A stretch of DNA of 64,000 bases from assembly GCA_963782115.1 (NCBI GenBank), contig CAWAIK010000005.1, positions 1 through 64,000 on the forward strand, written 5' to 3'. Position numbers and translations under genes: made by a program. The notes below the pieces were generated by a model. The model was given only the letters and a program-made list of their open reading frames with translations. It did no database searches and was not told the origin of the DNA. The DNA is from an uncultured Verrucomicrobiae bacterium (lineage in GTDB: Bacteria; Verrucomicrobiota; Verrucomicrobiia; Chthoniobacterales; JAFAMB01). This document shows positions 1 to 11,081 of this stretch, piece after piece (positions within the stretch are counted from its first letter, which is position 1; every line of letters begins with the position of its first letter).

Positions 1-15
1 TTTCAAGCGCAGCCA

Positions 16-430
16 TCACTTGTCCGAGGAACTCATCCAGTTCCGGCATTGAGGCGAGCGCATCCAGAAATTCTTCGGCCTTCCTTCGGTCGCTGTTTTT
101 TCCTGCGTTAGCTCAGCATTCAATCGACCGAGGTCGGCATAGAGTCGCGCATGGTCTAAAGAGATCGCAGCCTGCGAGGAGCACCCAGCATGGCCAGCCG
201 CTTGGGCGTGAACACGCGGGGCGCCAAGCTGTTCTCCAGATAGAGGATGTCCACTAGCTAAGTTGACCTGCTTCACCAGAGAAAAGCAGAGCACTGACCT
301 GGGACGCCACTGACGAACATATTCGTCCTGCGAAAACAGGTTCTGACGACACGGTCGAAGGAAGCGAGCAATGCCTCAATCGCGCTCTCGGCCGTAAAGC
401 TCTGCGGGATGGGCAGCCGATCCGATAGAA
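16..430 (-). pseudogene. Collapsed remnant of a Ser/Thr kinase-AAA-GAF-His kinase gene
   Basis: Fragments in several frames (SDRLPIP, ELYGRERD, EALLASFDRVVRT, SQAAISLDHARLYADL) match distant parts of the 2022-aa protein at 42050..48118; runs off the window edge. Confidence 0.8.
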
Positions 431-711
431 TGAAACATCGCTTTCGTGATAAGCCAGCAAGAACAATAATTATGCGATAAAGGCCAAACAACGTACCGTT
501 CACGAGCGAAGGAATGTAATAACGAAGAACAAAGATAGGAAGCAGTAATATTCACACTGATCGGTAGATGCAAAGTGACTTTGTCCGAGACGGCAATTCG
601 GCCCATCGATTTGAAAGCACGCGGACATTCTTCTAACTGCAAGGACGCCGCTACCATCCTTAGCCGTAAGAATTGAACGGAAGTAACGTTCCCAACGCAC
701 TTAGCTAATTC

Positions 712-879
712 ATGAATGAGGCTGTCAAAGTGATTCGTTTCTACAAACCCGTGCGGATCGGATATCTAAAGATCACGAAATTCAGCCATGGCGACCAACA
801 GCCGACGGGCATTCGCTACAGTGCAAGCACCTCGTTACATTGAGACAAATGATCAAATCGATAAGATTGCTATTGCTTA
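712..879 (+). pseudogene. Internally deleted paralog of the MDR/quinone oxidoreductase gene
   Basis: atgaatgaggctgtcaaagtgattcgtttctacaa resembles the 5' end, and aatgatcaaatcgataagattgctattgct the 3' end, of 11178..12218; upstream tagccgtaagaatt is also shared. Confidence 0.75.
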
Positions 880-904
880 AGCAGCCAGCCCGCTCGAGTC
901 ACGG

Positions 905-927
905 AGAATCCTCCTTCCGAGGCATAG
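905..927 (+). promoter_or_regulatory. Conserved 23-bp upstream motif AGAAnCsTyCTTnCGArGCATAG
   Basis: Same motif at 32488..32510 (+), 17835..17857 (-) and 31765..31787 (-), each 20-70 bp before a start codon. Confidence 0.5.
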
Positions 928-990
928 CGTCGCTGCAACTTTCGAGCAAAAGTTTCAAAACACAATTCGATTCCCGGAAAACAAACCAAC

Positions 991-2184
991 ATGAGTGAAG
1001 GCAACTTGGCTGTAGCTGAATTTCACGAGCGTGAAGCCGTTCCACCTCTTGTTAAGAAAAGAAGGAGACGATTCCCTTTTCTAGCTGGAGCTATTGTATT
1101 AGTTGCGCTCGCCGCTATTGGAATTCGGTTGTGGCCCTCGGGAACTCAATCAATCCAACCGCATTCAGACAAGGCCGCGGAGATGACCGTCACCGTTGTC
1201 CACCCCCAGAAAGCGTCGATCACGATTCCCGTGCTGCCTGGACAAACGGAAGCCTATACTGACGCGCCGATCTTTGCGCAGACGAGCGGGTACCTGAAAA
1301 TGTGGTATTATGATATTGGGGCTAAGGTCAAAGCCGGTGCTGTTCTTGCCGAGATCGATACTCCCGAAGTCGATCAAGAACTGGCCCAAGCGCAGGCACA
1401 ACTCAAGGTGGCAGAGGCGGCTCTTAACCTTTCGGAAGTCACCTGGCGGCGCAACCAGGACCTTTTTAATAGGAGGGTTATCGCTGCAGAGGATTTTGAT
1501 ACAGCGGCTGACACCTATCGCGAGAACCAGGCGATGGTCATGGCAGACCAAGCGAACATCAATCAGCTTGAAGCGCTCGAAGGATTCAAAATTGTCAGGG
1601 CGCCATTCACCGGTATTGTCACCGCGCGAAACACCGATATCGGGGACTACATCGCTTCGGGTTCGGGCACCCAGCTCTTTCGCATGCAGCAGACTTCGCC
1701 GTTACGCGTTTATGTCAGCGTGCCCCAGATTTATGCCCAATTGGTAAAAGTCGGCATCGAGGGAGATCTCAATTTGGATGAGTTTCCCGGCCGAAAATTT
1801 GTGGGACACGTGACTAACACCGCCAAAGCAATCGATCCAACCTCCAGAACATTACTCACCGAACTACAGGTACCTAACGAAACGGGTGAGCTCTTTCCGG
1901 GAGCCTATGCTCTGATCACGCTGCAAGTCAATGATAACAGCGGGATCGTGACCATCCCCTCCAACGCACTGCTCTTCCGGTCAGAAGGAACGACGGTGGG
2001 AGTAGTCGACGCAGACGGTAAGGTGGAGATTCGTACAATCACGATCAGCCTTAATCTCGGAGATAAGTTGGAAATATCGCAAGGATTGTCAGTGACAGAC
2101 CAGGTGATCGTGAATCCTTCAGATAGCCTGGCAAACGGCATGACCGCAAAAATCCTGAACCAAAAGCAGACCTCGAAGGAGTAG
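991..2184 (+). CDS. RND efflux periplasmic adaptor (MFP)
   Basis: N-terminal TM anchor, GAKVKAGAVLAEID, VRAPFTGIV, alpha-hairpin, LFPGAY; precedes RND permease. Confidence 0.93.
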   Translation: MSEGNLAVAEFHEREAVPPLVKKRRRRFPFLAGAIVLVALAAIGIRLWPSGTQSIQPHSDKAAEMTVTVVHPQKASITIPVLPGQTEAYTDAPIFAQTSGYLKMWYYDIGAKVKAGAVLAEIDTPEVDQELAQAQAQLKVAEAALNLSEVTWRRNQDLFNRRVIAAEDFDTAADTYRENQAMVMADQANINQLEALEGFKIVRAPFTGIVTARNTDIGDYIASGSGTQLFRMQQTSPLRVYVSVPQIYAQLVKVGIEGDLNLDEFPGRKFVGHVTNTAKAIDPTSRTLLTELQVPNETGELFPGAYALITLQVNDNSGIVTIPSNALLFRSEGTTVGVVDADGKVEIRTITISLNLGDKLEISQGLSVTDQVIVNPSDSLANGMTAKILNQKQTSKE

Positions 2185-2190
2185 CATCAA

Positions 2191-5100
2191 ATGTGGATTG
2201 TAAACCTAGCATTAAGACGGCCCTACACTTTCATTGTGCTGGCAATTTTTATTCTAATCGCCGGTGTCCTTTCGATCCTAAGCACTCCAAAGGACATCTT
2301 TCCGTCGATCAATATTCCGGTGATTTCGGTAATCTTCAATTTTGCCGGGATGGCTCCGAGAGATCTGGAGGAGCATCTCACTACGGTTTACGAACGTGTG
2401 CTGACGACGACCGTCGACAACATCGAGCATATTGAATCGGAATCCCTGTTCGGAATCGCCGTGGTGAAAATCTATCTGCAGCCCACCGCCAGCGTGCCGA
2501 GAGGAATAGCGCAGGTCACCTCGGTTTCTCAAGCGATTCTGAGACAACTTCCCAGCGGCACGACGCCGCCGCTGGTACTTAGCTACAGCGCCACTAACGT
2601 GCCGGTGCTCAGAGTCGGTTTGAGCGGTCTCTCCGAACAACGCTCAATGACTTAGGACTGAACTTTGTTCGACCGCAGTTCATCACCGTGCCCGGCGTGT
2701 CTGTTCCTTATCCATATGGAGGGAAGCAAAAATACGTGGAGGTCGACCTCAATTATAAAGCTTTACAAGGCTATGGCTTGACACCTTTCGACGTGGTAAA
2801 CACGATTACTGCGCAGAACCTCACTTTGCCTTCTGGTACTGAGAAAATCGGTCGATTCGAATATCTGGTCGGATTGAACTCAAGCCCGGACACCATTGAG
2901 AAGCTAAACGCTATTCCGATCAAATCGCTGCCGAACGGCTCGACCATTTACATTCGAGATGTGGCGAACATTGTCAACGGGAGCATTCCGCAAACGAACA
3001 TTGTTCGTTTTAACGGCCAGCGAGCCACCATGCTTGACATTCAAAAGACCGGTAGCGCGTCGACCTTGGACATTGTGCAGGGTGTCAAAAATAAAATACC
3101 GGATCTAAAGCAGACTTTGCCGCCGGCACTAGGTATTTCCATGCTCTCGGACCAATCCGTTTTCGTTACCGGCGCGATTGACGGCGTAGTCCGAGAGGCA
3201 GTGATCGCCGCATGTCTCACGGCTATCATGATTCTCCTCTTTTTGGGTGATTGGAAAAGCACCCTCATCATCGCGATCTCGATTCCGCTGGCAATACTTT
3301 CTTCGATCGCTGTGCTGAGTGCGATTGGAGAGACGCTTAACATCATGACCTTGGGAGGACTCGCTTTGGCGGTTGGCATTCTGGTCGACGACGCGACGGT
3401 GACGATCGAAAACATCGATCGGCACCTGGCCGAAGGTAAACCCACGTTGGAGGCAATTCGAGACGGCGCAGCGCAGATCGCCGTCCCGGCCCTGGTGTCC
3501 ACCATGTGTATCTGCATCGTTTTTGTGCCGATCTTTTTCCTTTCAGGAGTCGCAAAGTACTTGTTCTCGCCGCTGGCTGAGGCGGTGATCTTTGCCATGA
3601 TTGCCTCCTATATCCTGTCACGAACGCTGGTCCCGACGTTGGCGATGTATTGGATCAAAAGGCACAATAAAGCGTCAGACCAAGGCAAAGGTAGCAAGAC
3701 GTTTCCGCTTTTTGCCTGGTTCTCCCGTTTCCATCACTGGTTTGAAAATCGATTCGACAAATTCCGAGAAGGTTATCGCGATCTGCTGAGTTTCGGGCTC
3801 CGCAACAGCGGTAAGCTCGTTGCGATTGTCCTAGGCTTTACCGCCTGCACGTTCGTCTTGTTCCCATTTCTTGGGCAAGATTTCTTCCCCTCGGTCGATG
3901 CCGGAGCATTCGATATGCACGTTCGGATGAAAGCCGGTACCCGCATCGAAGAAACAGCGCGCTCGGTGGATCAGATCGAACAGATGATCCGCCAAGTTAT
4001 CCCCGCCAACCAACTGCAGGGGATTGTCGATAACCTTGGGATTCCCTATAGCGGCATCAACACCTCCTACAATAATACCGGAACGATGAGTGCCGCGGAC
4101 GGCGACATCCTGGTTTCGCTCAACCAAAATCACGACCCGACAAATAAATTCGTCCAGGCGATCCGGACCCGCATGCAGCACGATTTTCTCGGGATCGGTG
4201 TTTGGTTCCCACCCGCCGATATGGTCGCCCAGATTCTTAACTTTGGGTTGCCGGCACCTATCGATGTTCAGATTATCGGGGCCGATCAAGAGGCTAACTT
4301 CCAGTTCGCGAACAATCTCATGAATCAGATTCGTAAGATCCCGGGAGCGGTGGATTTTCGGATCCAGGAGCCGGATAATGCGCCTGAGTTGGACATTACG
4401 ATGGACCGCACCAAGGCATCGATCCTTGGCATTAACGCACAATCCGTAGCAAACACGGTTCTCGGCGCGCTGGCCGGATCGCAGCAGAATGCCCTGAACT
4501 TTTGGGTCGATCCAACAAACGGGGTGAGCTATCAGGTTAACGCTCAAGTGCCGCAGTCTGACATGAATTCTCTCGACGCTCTGCGGAACCTGCCCATCCT
4601 TGGCGGTACCGGGCAAGGTCAGATTCTGGCAAATGTCGCCCCGATTTCGCGCAGCAACACGTTCCCGGTCATTGATCATTACAACATCAGACCGGTGATT
4701 AACATTTACGGTAACGTCGACGGCAAAGACTTAGGGTACTTTGCCGATCACGTACAGAAGTTGATCGATGCGTCTAAAAAGAGCCTTCCCAGAGGAAGCT
4801 TCATTTATCTTCGAGGGCAGGTCAGCACGATGCACGACTCGTTTATCGGCTTGTATCTTGGCTTAGTGTTTTCATTGGTGCTGGTCTACCTGCTGATGGT
4901 GGTGAATTTTCAATCCTGGACCGAGCCGTTCATCATCATCACGGCTCTCCCCTGCGCGCTGGCTGGGATCGTCTGGATGCTGTTCATCACGGGCACGACC
5001 TTGAGTGTGCCGGCCCTAATGGGTGCGATTATGTGTATGGGAGTAGCTACGGCGAACAGTGTTCTGGTCGTCACCTTCGCCAATGAGCAGCTCGAACATT

Positions 5101-5399
5101 ATCATGACGCCTACCGGGCAGCCCTCGAGGCTGGTTATGCTCGTATCCGTCCGGTGCTCATGACGGCGCTGGCGATGATCATCGGAATGGTTCCGATGGC
5201 ATTAGGCCTGGGTGAAGGTGGCGAGCAAAACGCACCGTTGGGTCGGGCAGTGATCGGCGGCCTGATTTTCGCCACTGGGGCTACGCTTTTCTTTGTGCCC
5301 ACCGTCTTCATGATCATCAGAAGAGGTAAGAAATTTCAAACGGGCACATCCTCCCTGGAGCCGGCTAGTGGGTTCCAAATGGAAGGTCAAATGGATTGA
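2191..5399 (+). pseudogene. AcrB/CusA-family RND permease with a single-base frameshift near 2642
   Basis: ORFs 2191..2655 and 2688..5399 join as ...SEQ[Q]LNDLGLNFVRPQFITVPG if one base is restored; motifs GILVDDA and RIRPVLMT. Could be a sequencing error in an intact gene. Confidence 0.85.
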
Positions 5400-5417
5400 C
5401 GTCAAGAGGATCTCGCT

Positions 5418-6626
5418 ATGAATGATGCGTCAGAAATAACGGTGACCCGGGATACCTCAAAGGAAACTGGAAGTTTGCACAGCAAATCCGGTAGACCTGA
5501 AAAAAAGATCAAGAACAGCTTCAAGTTCTTCTTCTTCGCCGGAGGCGTGCTATTCATCGGCGTTGCTATTCTCGGAATCTATTCCCGGAACGCGAAGACG
5601 CTCGATGTTCAGCAACTCACGGACAAAGCTGCACGCACCATCGTGCATGTAATCCATCCGACGAGGGCCATCGAAGCGATATCACTTCAGTTACCCGGCC
5701 AGACAATGCCATTTACCGACGCACCGATATTTGCCCAGACCAGTGGTTATCTGAGGAAGTGGTATTTTGATATCGGTGCTCAGGTCAAAGCCGGCGGTGT
5801 TCTTGCTGAGATCGATACCCCTCAGGTCGATGCGCAACTGGCCCAAGCACAGGCTCAACTCAAGGTGGCACAAGCAACGCGTGATCTATCAAAAGTAACT
5901 TACCAGCGCTTCCAGGATCTTTTTCAGAGGAACGTTATTGCGGCACAGGACTTCGACACTGCAACCGACAACTATGGACAAAATCAAGCTACCGTAATCG
6001 CAGACCAGGCTAATGTGAACCGGCTGGAGGCCCTGGAAGCGTTCAAGATCGTCCGGGCCCCCTTCGACGGGATTGTGACGGCCCGAAATACGGATATTGG
6101 AGCGTTCATCCCATTGGGCTCTGGGACCCAACTTTTCCGGATGGCACGGATTTCGTCGCTGCGGGTGTACGTCGACGTGCCAGAACCCTTCACGGAATTC
6201 GTGAAAGTAGGCGCCGCGGCCGACCTTACAGTCGGACAGGTTGGGGGACGAAAATTTGCGGCGCGGGTTGTCGGGACGGCCGGGGCGATCAACCCGACGG
6301 CCAAAAGACTTTTGATTGAATTGGAAGTGCCCAACAAAACAGGCGAGCTCTTCCCGGGTGCCTATGTCCAGGTCACTCTGAAGATCGAAGGTAACAAAGG
6401 TGACCTTACGATCCCGGCGGGAACATTGCTCTTCACCTCAGGAAAACCCGCTGTTGGCGTGGTCCATCCGAATGGCACAGTCGAGATCCGAAAGATCGCG
6501 ATTAATCGCGACCTCGGGTCGACATTGGAAATCTCCCAGGGTCTGTCGGAATCGGATCAAATCATCACCAGTCCTCCGCCTGGCCTTGTGGACGGTACCG
6601 TCGTGATCATTGCGAAAGCAACATGA
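5418..6626 (+). CDS. Second RND periplasmic adaptor (MFP), paralog of 991..2184
   Basis: LPGQTMPFTDAPIFAQTSGYL, VRAPFDGIV; clearly similar to the first MFP. Confidence 0.93.
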   Translation: MNDASEITVTRDTSKETGSLHSKSGRPEKKIKNSFKFFFFAGGVLFIGVAILGIYSRNAKTLDVQQLTDKAARTIVHVIHPTRAIEAISLQLPGQTMPFTDAPIFAQTSGYLRKWYFDIGAQVKAGGVLAEIDTPQVDAQLAQAQAQLKVAQATRDLSKVTYQRFQDLFQRNVIAAQDFDTATDNYGQNQATVIADQANVNRLEALEAFKIVRAPFDGIVTARNTDIGAFIPLGSGTQLFRMARISSLRVYVDVPEPFTEFVKVGAAADLTVGQVGGRKFAARVVGTAGAINPTAKRLLIELEVPNKTGELFPGAYVQVTLKIEGNKGDLTIPAGTLLFTSGKPAVGVVHPNGTVEIRKIAINRDLGSTLEISQGLSESDQIITSPPPGLVDGTVVIIAKAT

Positions 6627-6702
6627 AGGCCGGGGCGCTTTTCGGCGATTGTCATTGGCCAAAATCACGGCGGTCCTCAGTGTCATAACTAACCCTACTT
6701 TT

Positions 6703-6780
6703 GCCCCTTCAGGGCACGACGCTATAAAACACAATTTCCCAGGTAAACCCTGGCTAAGCTTTCGCAGCCCGTTGGGCCGC
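6703..6780. repeat. REP-like palindromic element
   Basis: Short hairpins gccccttcagggc and ccaggtaaaccctgg; a related element lies near 10850..10910. Confidence 0.35.
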
Positions 6781-7047
6781 ACGTACCGCGCTAACCGTAT
6801 ACAAGCAGCGCCCGTCCAAGTTTTTCACCGGAGGAAAACAGGAATAGTTAGTCCGAGTTGCCGTTAATCTGAATTCTTCGAAAGTTAAGCTGACAGTGCG
6901 TTGGTCGATACAAAAATGGCTCCTTTGAGCGATAGCTTTTGTGCTGCGCGTTCAATATATTCCAAAAAATTAATGTATTGCCGCGCTGCGGTTTGTTCAG
7001 CAGCGTTGCGCATGAAATAGGATCAAACATATTCGTACCGAAATTAT

Positions 7048-7926
7048 ATGATGAATGTAGGTTGGATCGGAACCGGTAAACTAGGTCTACCGATGGCGGC
7101 GCGTATAGCAGCTTCAGGTACCGGGGTGCGCGCCTATGTGCGTCGCCCCGATCGGGTTGAGGCGATACGAGCACGTCATGTGGTCTGCGCGACGTTCGAT
7201 GAAATGGCAGCGCAAAACATTGTCTTCAGCTCTTTGCCTGATGACGCCGCATTGCGTCAGGTGGCCGAAGAGCTTATCCCCGCGCTGCGTCCTGGGGGAG
7301 TGCTGGTAGAGACAAGCACTGTCTCGCCCACGGTATCCGCCGAGATTGGCAAAGAGCTTGCGGCGCACGGGATCGCTTATTTACGCGCGCCGGTATCGGG
7401 CAATCCGATTGCGGCCGAAGCCGGTAAATTGACAGCCATGGTCAGCGGCCCCAAGGAAGCTTTCGAAGTTATCCGGCCGCTGATGGCCAGCTACTCCCAG
7501 GCGCAGTTCTGGCTCGGCGAAGGCGAACAGGCGCGTTACGCAAAGCTGGCGGTAAACCTGATGCTGGCGGTCTCTGCCGGGATGCTTGGCGAAGCACTGG
7601 CGCTGGCGCGTCGCGGCAACGTCGCTGCTACTGATGTATTGGACGTGATCGCGGCGTCGGCGCTGGGCTCGCCAATGGTCGTCGGCAAAGTCGGTTTTCT
7701 GAAAGCGGCGGACTACACCCCAACCTTCAGCGGATACCAAATGGCAAAAGACCTGGACCTGATCCTAAGCGCGGCGAACGCGACGGGTGTCGCCGCGCCG
7801 CTAGCCGCTTTCATGCGCACGCAGTTTGCAGCGATTTGTGCTAGCGGCGAGATCGATCAGGATTTCATCGCCGTCGTTAAGGTAGCACAGGGTCTGGCCG
7901 GACTCTGCGAAGCACGTGATCCGTAG
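7048..7926 (+). CDS. NAD(P)-dependent beta-hydroxyacid dehydrogenase (3-hydroxyisobutyrate DH family)
   Basis: GWIGTGKLG Rossmann motif, APVSG, catalytic K in AKLAVN, KDL near the C-terminus. Confidence 0.9.
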   Translation: MMNVGWIGTGKLGLPMAARIAASGTGVRAYVRRPDRVEAIRARHVVCATFDEMAAQNIVFSSLPDDAALRQVAEELIPALRPGGVLVETSTVSPTVSAEIGKELAAHGIAYLRAPVSGNPIAAEAGKLTAMVSGPKEAFEVIRPLMASYSQAQFWLGEGEQARYAKLAVNLMLAVSAGMLGEALALARRGNVAATDVLDVIAASALGSPMVVGKVGFLKAADYTPTFSGYQMAKDLDLILSAANATGVAAPLAAFMRTQFAAICASGEIDQDFIAVVKVAQGLAGLCEARDP

Positions 7927-8034
7927 TAAGCGAAGGCTCCAGCCTTTGCGTCGTGGCGCCTCATGCAGGCAAGGTCTTGAAATAGTTTTTTGCGACCGAA
8001 ATATCGGTAGAAGCCAATTTAAGAAAGTTCATCC

Positions 8035-9495
8035 ATGAGACAACGACGGGCGATTTGCGTCGCGCTGCTCGGCCTCGCCGGTGCCGTGGTGGCAGTGGCC
8101 CTGATGCTACACGACTACGCACGCGCGGATGTGTTAGGCGGGCCGCTACGCTCCCCGCGTCTGCCGCAGGATCCCATCCAACTGACTCCCGTGGAGAAGC
8201 TCGGGAAATTGATGCTCTACGATAGCACTCTGTCGAATCCTCCAGGCTATTCCTGCGCCGCTTGCCACGTGCCCGAGACAGGCTTTACGGGGCCCAATTC
8301 CGAAATTAACGCGTTCGCAGGCCCGCAACCCGGGATCGTGCCCGGCCGGTTCAGTGATCGCAAGCCCCAGAGTTATCTCTACGCGTCGTTCAGTCCTGAG
8401 GGCCCCTATTATGACACACATTTGCAGGTTTGGCTGGGCGGGAATTTCTGGGACGGCCGCGTTCCCGACCTTGCCAAACAGGGGCTGCAGCCACCCGTCA
8501 ATCCAAACGAGATGGCGAATGCCCCTGAGGGACCTTATCCTCCAGCTTCGGGAGGGTATTCGCCGCTCCTCGTTCAGAAGCTCGCAAACCGGCCGTATGC
8601 CTCGTTATTCAAGCAGGTGTACGGCCAGGACGCCTTCCACGTCTATACCCCGAAGCAGATCTACGAACTATTCGGTGAGGCACTCGCTGCATACCAATCC
8701 TCGGGAGAGGTCTGCGCGTTCAGTTCGAAGTACGATGCCTCCAAATATGGGACCCCACCGAGAAACCTGTACACGCTCTCCACATCTGAGGAACGCGGGA
8801 GGCAATTGTACTTCGGGCAAGCCCAATGCTCTGCGTGCCACTCATCCGCGGCAGTACCCGGTATACAAGCCATTACGGAGGGGAAAGACACGCTCACCAT
8901 GTACTGCTATGCGAATATCGGCGTCCCGAAAAATCTGGGGAACCCCTACTACCAGCAGACCGACAAGGAGTCCAATCCTCACGGCTATAATTCACTTGGG
9001 ACTAAGTACATAGATTACGGCCTCGGCGCCAACCCCAATCCGGCGCCCGATGGGACCAGATTCTACAAAAAAGTTCCTGGCGACATTTCCGAGTTTCGTG
9101 GGCTCTTCAAGGCGCCGAGTCTACGCGGCACCGATAAGCGGCCCTCGCCGGATTTCGTTAAGGCTTATATGCACAATGGCGTCTTCAAGAGCCTCAAGGA
9201 CGTCGTTCACTTCTACAACAAACGAAATATCGCGGCGGACGCCAGCGGCAAAGAGATCTCCTTCGACCTCCGCAAAGGTCCTCCGTCCGGCTACACTCCG
9301 CTATTCCCTGCGCCGGAGGTCCTCGAAAACGTGCAGAATGTCTCTGGAGTGACGCCTGCCCAAGCGACTTCGGCGATCGAGTCCAACGGGCAGATAGGCA
9401 ATCTCCAGCTCAGTTCCCAACAGGAGGCGGACCTCGTCAACTTTCTCAAGATCCTTAATGACGGATACACTAGGCCGAACCCTGTCTCCCCGTGA
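8035..9495 (+). CDS. Di-heme cytochrome c peroxidase/MauG-family protein 1
   Basis: Signal peptide, CAACH and CSACH, NFWDGR, FKAPSLR, YMHNG, VVHFYN. Confidence 0.92.
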   Translation: MRQRRAICVALLGLAGAVVAVALMLHDYARADVLGGPLRSPRLPQDPIQLTPVEKLGKLMLYDSTLSNPPGYSCAACHVPETGFTGPNSEINAFAGPQPGIVPGRFSDRKPQSYLYASFSPEGPYYDTHLQVWLGGNFWDGRVPDLAKQGLQPPVNPNEMANAPEGPYPPASGGYSPLLVQKLANRPYASLFKQVYGQDAFHVYTPKQIYELFGEALAAYQSSGEVCAFSSKYDASKYGTPPRNLYTLSTSEERGRQLYFGQAQCSACHSSAAVPGIQAITEGKDTLTMYCYANIGVPKNLGNPYYQQTDKESNPHGYNSLGTKYIDYGLGANPNPAPDGTRFYKKVPGDISEFRGLFKAPSLRGTDKRPSPDFVKAYMHNGVFKSLKDVVHFYNKRNIAADASGKEISFDLRKGPPSGYTPLFPAPEVLENVQNVSGVTPAQATSAIESNGQIGNLQLSSQQEADLVNFLKILNDGYTRPNPVSP

Positions 9496-9516
9496 ATTCC
9501 TGTCGTTCTCAAGACG

Positions 9517-9603
9517 ACACCACTTCTGACCAACCTCACTTTCCAATACCACGTGCTCAAACTGTTGTGGCCGGAAGTCGAAGTGAACTACACTTATTGG
9601 CCA
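9517..9603 (+). pseudogene. Fragment paralogous to the putative outer-membrane protein 53482..54426
   Basis: TPLLTNLTFQYHVLKLLWPEVEVNYTYWP vs TPLLTNVAFQYKVLKLLWPQVEVNYTYWP. Confidence 0.8.
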
Positions 9604-9618
9604 AGTGAAACATGGACT

Positions 9619-10527
9619 TTACCGGGTTCGGACGTCCGCCACCTTGGACGTTGGCCGGGAAGCAACCCTGTTCTTGTAAGTAACTTGGCGGTAGTCGCCG
9701 TCAGCGGTTCGGTAAGTGCAGCTCTCGTAAGGAACATAATATTCGACGAACTCTTGCGTGTTGACCGGTTGGCCCCAATAAGCGTCAACCAGGTCCATGG
9801 GCATTCCGTCGTCAATTTGATCGTTCAACAGGTCATCGCACCAGCTATCAACTATGAGAGGCGGGTATCCGAGGTCGATCAGGTTGAGCAAAAAAACTCG
9901 TGTCCGATGGAGGCTCTCTCTGTGGTCGTCGGATATCCGTGGGTCAGAAGCAAACTTATTCTCATACCGCTGGAATTTTTCGTTGATCCTTGCGCGCGCT
10001 TCAGACGCCGCGGGATTGGCAGATAGATGTTGTGACCTAATCTTGCTCCTCTGAGCATTGATTTCCGTGGGATTGCGTTGTGGTCCCTGAGCAAGTGCTC
10101 CGAAGGGTCGGGCTGCTGCGGGCGGATTAGGATCTCGCGCCTGTGGTACGACCTCTTGTCGTCTAATCGTGCCGATTTGACTCGCCGGACTGGGAACAAT
10201 ACCATTCCGGCTTCCTACCGGCTCACGGTTCGGGGCAACGAGCGGACCGCGGTACTCACTATATCCCATGGCCCCACCGCGATAGCCGCCGAGGTGCGGG
10301 TTACCAGCAGCAACATTAACGTGAGACGCAGTAAATCCAATGCGGTGAACTGGTCCTACGAAGCTGTGTCGAGATCCGCCTACACCGCCGTCGTGGTACC
10401 CGGCGAACGAAAGCGAGATTGTTGAGCCACAGAAAAATGCAATGCAGGCCAACCTACCCGTAAAGTTCGACCGCCCTCCTGGGTAACCAGTCACAGTAAA
10501 GAAGCAAGTTTTCATGAGATTTGGCAA
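9619..10527 (-). CDS. Hypothetical exported protein: Gly/Pro-rich N-half, short folded C-terminal domain
   Basis: 302-aa ORF with a hydrophobic segment ending SFA; C-terminal GMPMDLVDAYWGQP resembles the BamE/SmpA-like GMx6WGxP pattern. Confidence 0.65.
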   Translation of the reverse strand: MPNLMKTCFFTVTGYPGGRSNFTGRLACIAFFCGSTISLSFAGYHDGGVGGSRHSFVGPVHRIGFTASHVNVAAGNPHLGGYRGGAMGYSEYRGPLVAPNREPVGSRNGIVPSPASQIGTIRRQEVVPQARDPNPPAAARPFGALAQGPQRNPTEINAQRSKIRSQHLSANPAASEARARINEKFQRYENKFASDPRISDDHRESLHRTRVFLLNLIDLGYPPLIVDSWCDDLLNDQIDDGMPMDLVDAYWGQPVNTQEFVEYYVPYESCTYRTADGDYRQVTYKNRVASRPTSKVADVRTR

Positions 10528-10693
10528 TTCCTTGCTGAATTTGACTAGAAAGCGCTATCTGCGCCAATCGTCAGAAGGCCAATTGAGACCAGACCCGCAA
10601 GTAAAACACTGTTTAATTTCATAACTATTATCTTCCTTTCGGTTAACACCATCGGTCGTCGGACGGTTAAAAAATAATCGCGTTTTTTGATCC

Positions 10694-10714
10694 CCTATCA
10701 GTTTCACTGATAGG
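10694..10714. promoter_or_regulatory. Perfect palindrome CCTATCAGT-TTC-ACTGATAGG, candidate operator
   Basis: 9-bp inverted repeat containing ATC-N9-GAT (LysR-like spacing); a second copy near 54682 is split by a MITE. Confidence 0.55.
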
Positions 10715-11081
10715 AAGAGCCGGACTTGTCGAGACAACCCAAAGAGACCTCAATGGCTATGGAAGGATTAGTCGCTGCCCATACCGTTACGGCCCCGACT
10801 CAGGATCGTCATGTCCTTCGGGAACGCCGGATGGCTCGCCTTTCGGCGCTTGGGCCGAAGGCCCTGAAGACGAAAGCCCGGGGTGCCAGCAGGGTGCCAG
10901 CCCCAGGAATTCATCAAGTACCGAATGAGCGCTAAAATTGCCAGAGAGGCTCCAAGGCGCCTTGGATACGCTCCAGAAGCCTCATCTTTGAAACGTCCTT
11001 TTAACAACTCCAAAGTGGATTGAATCCGAGACCACCCTGTCCAACGAACGCTTCCTTTCAGCAGCAGAACCAACTTATATA

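Noticed and set aside
3831..4679. Long antisense ORFs (also 19670..20371, 28480..29118, 44585..45418, 46100..46906, 56582..57583)
   Set aside because: Shadows of well-supported genes on the opposite strand, with no motifs
10691..10717. tetO operator or vector contamination
   Set aside because: Shares CCCTATCAGT with tetO but the spacing differs, no tet genes are present and a native paralogous copy exists
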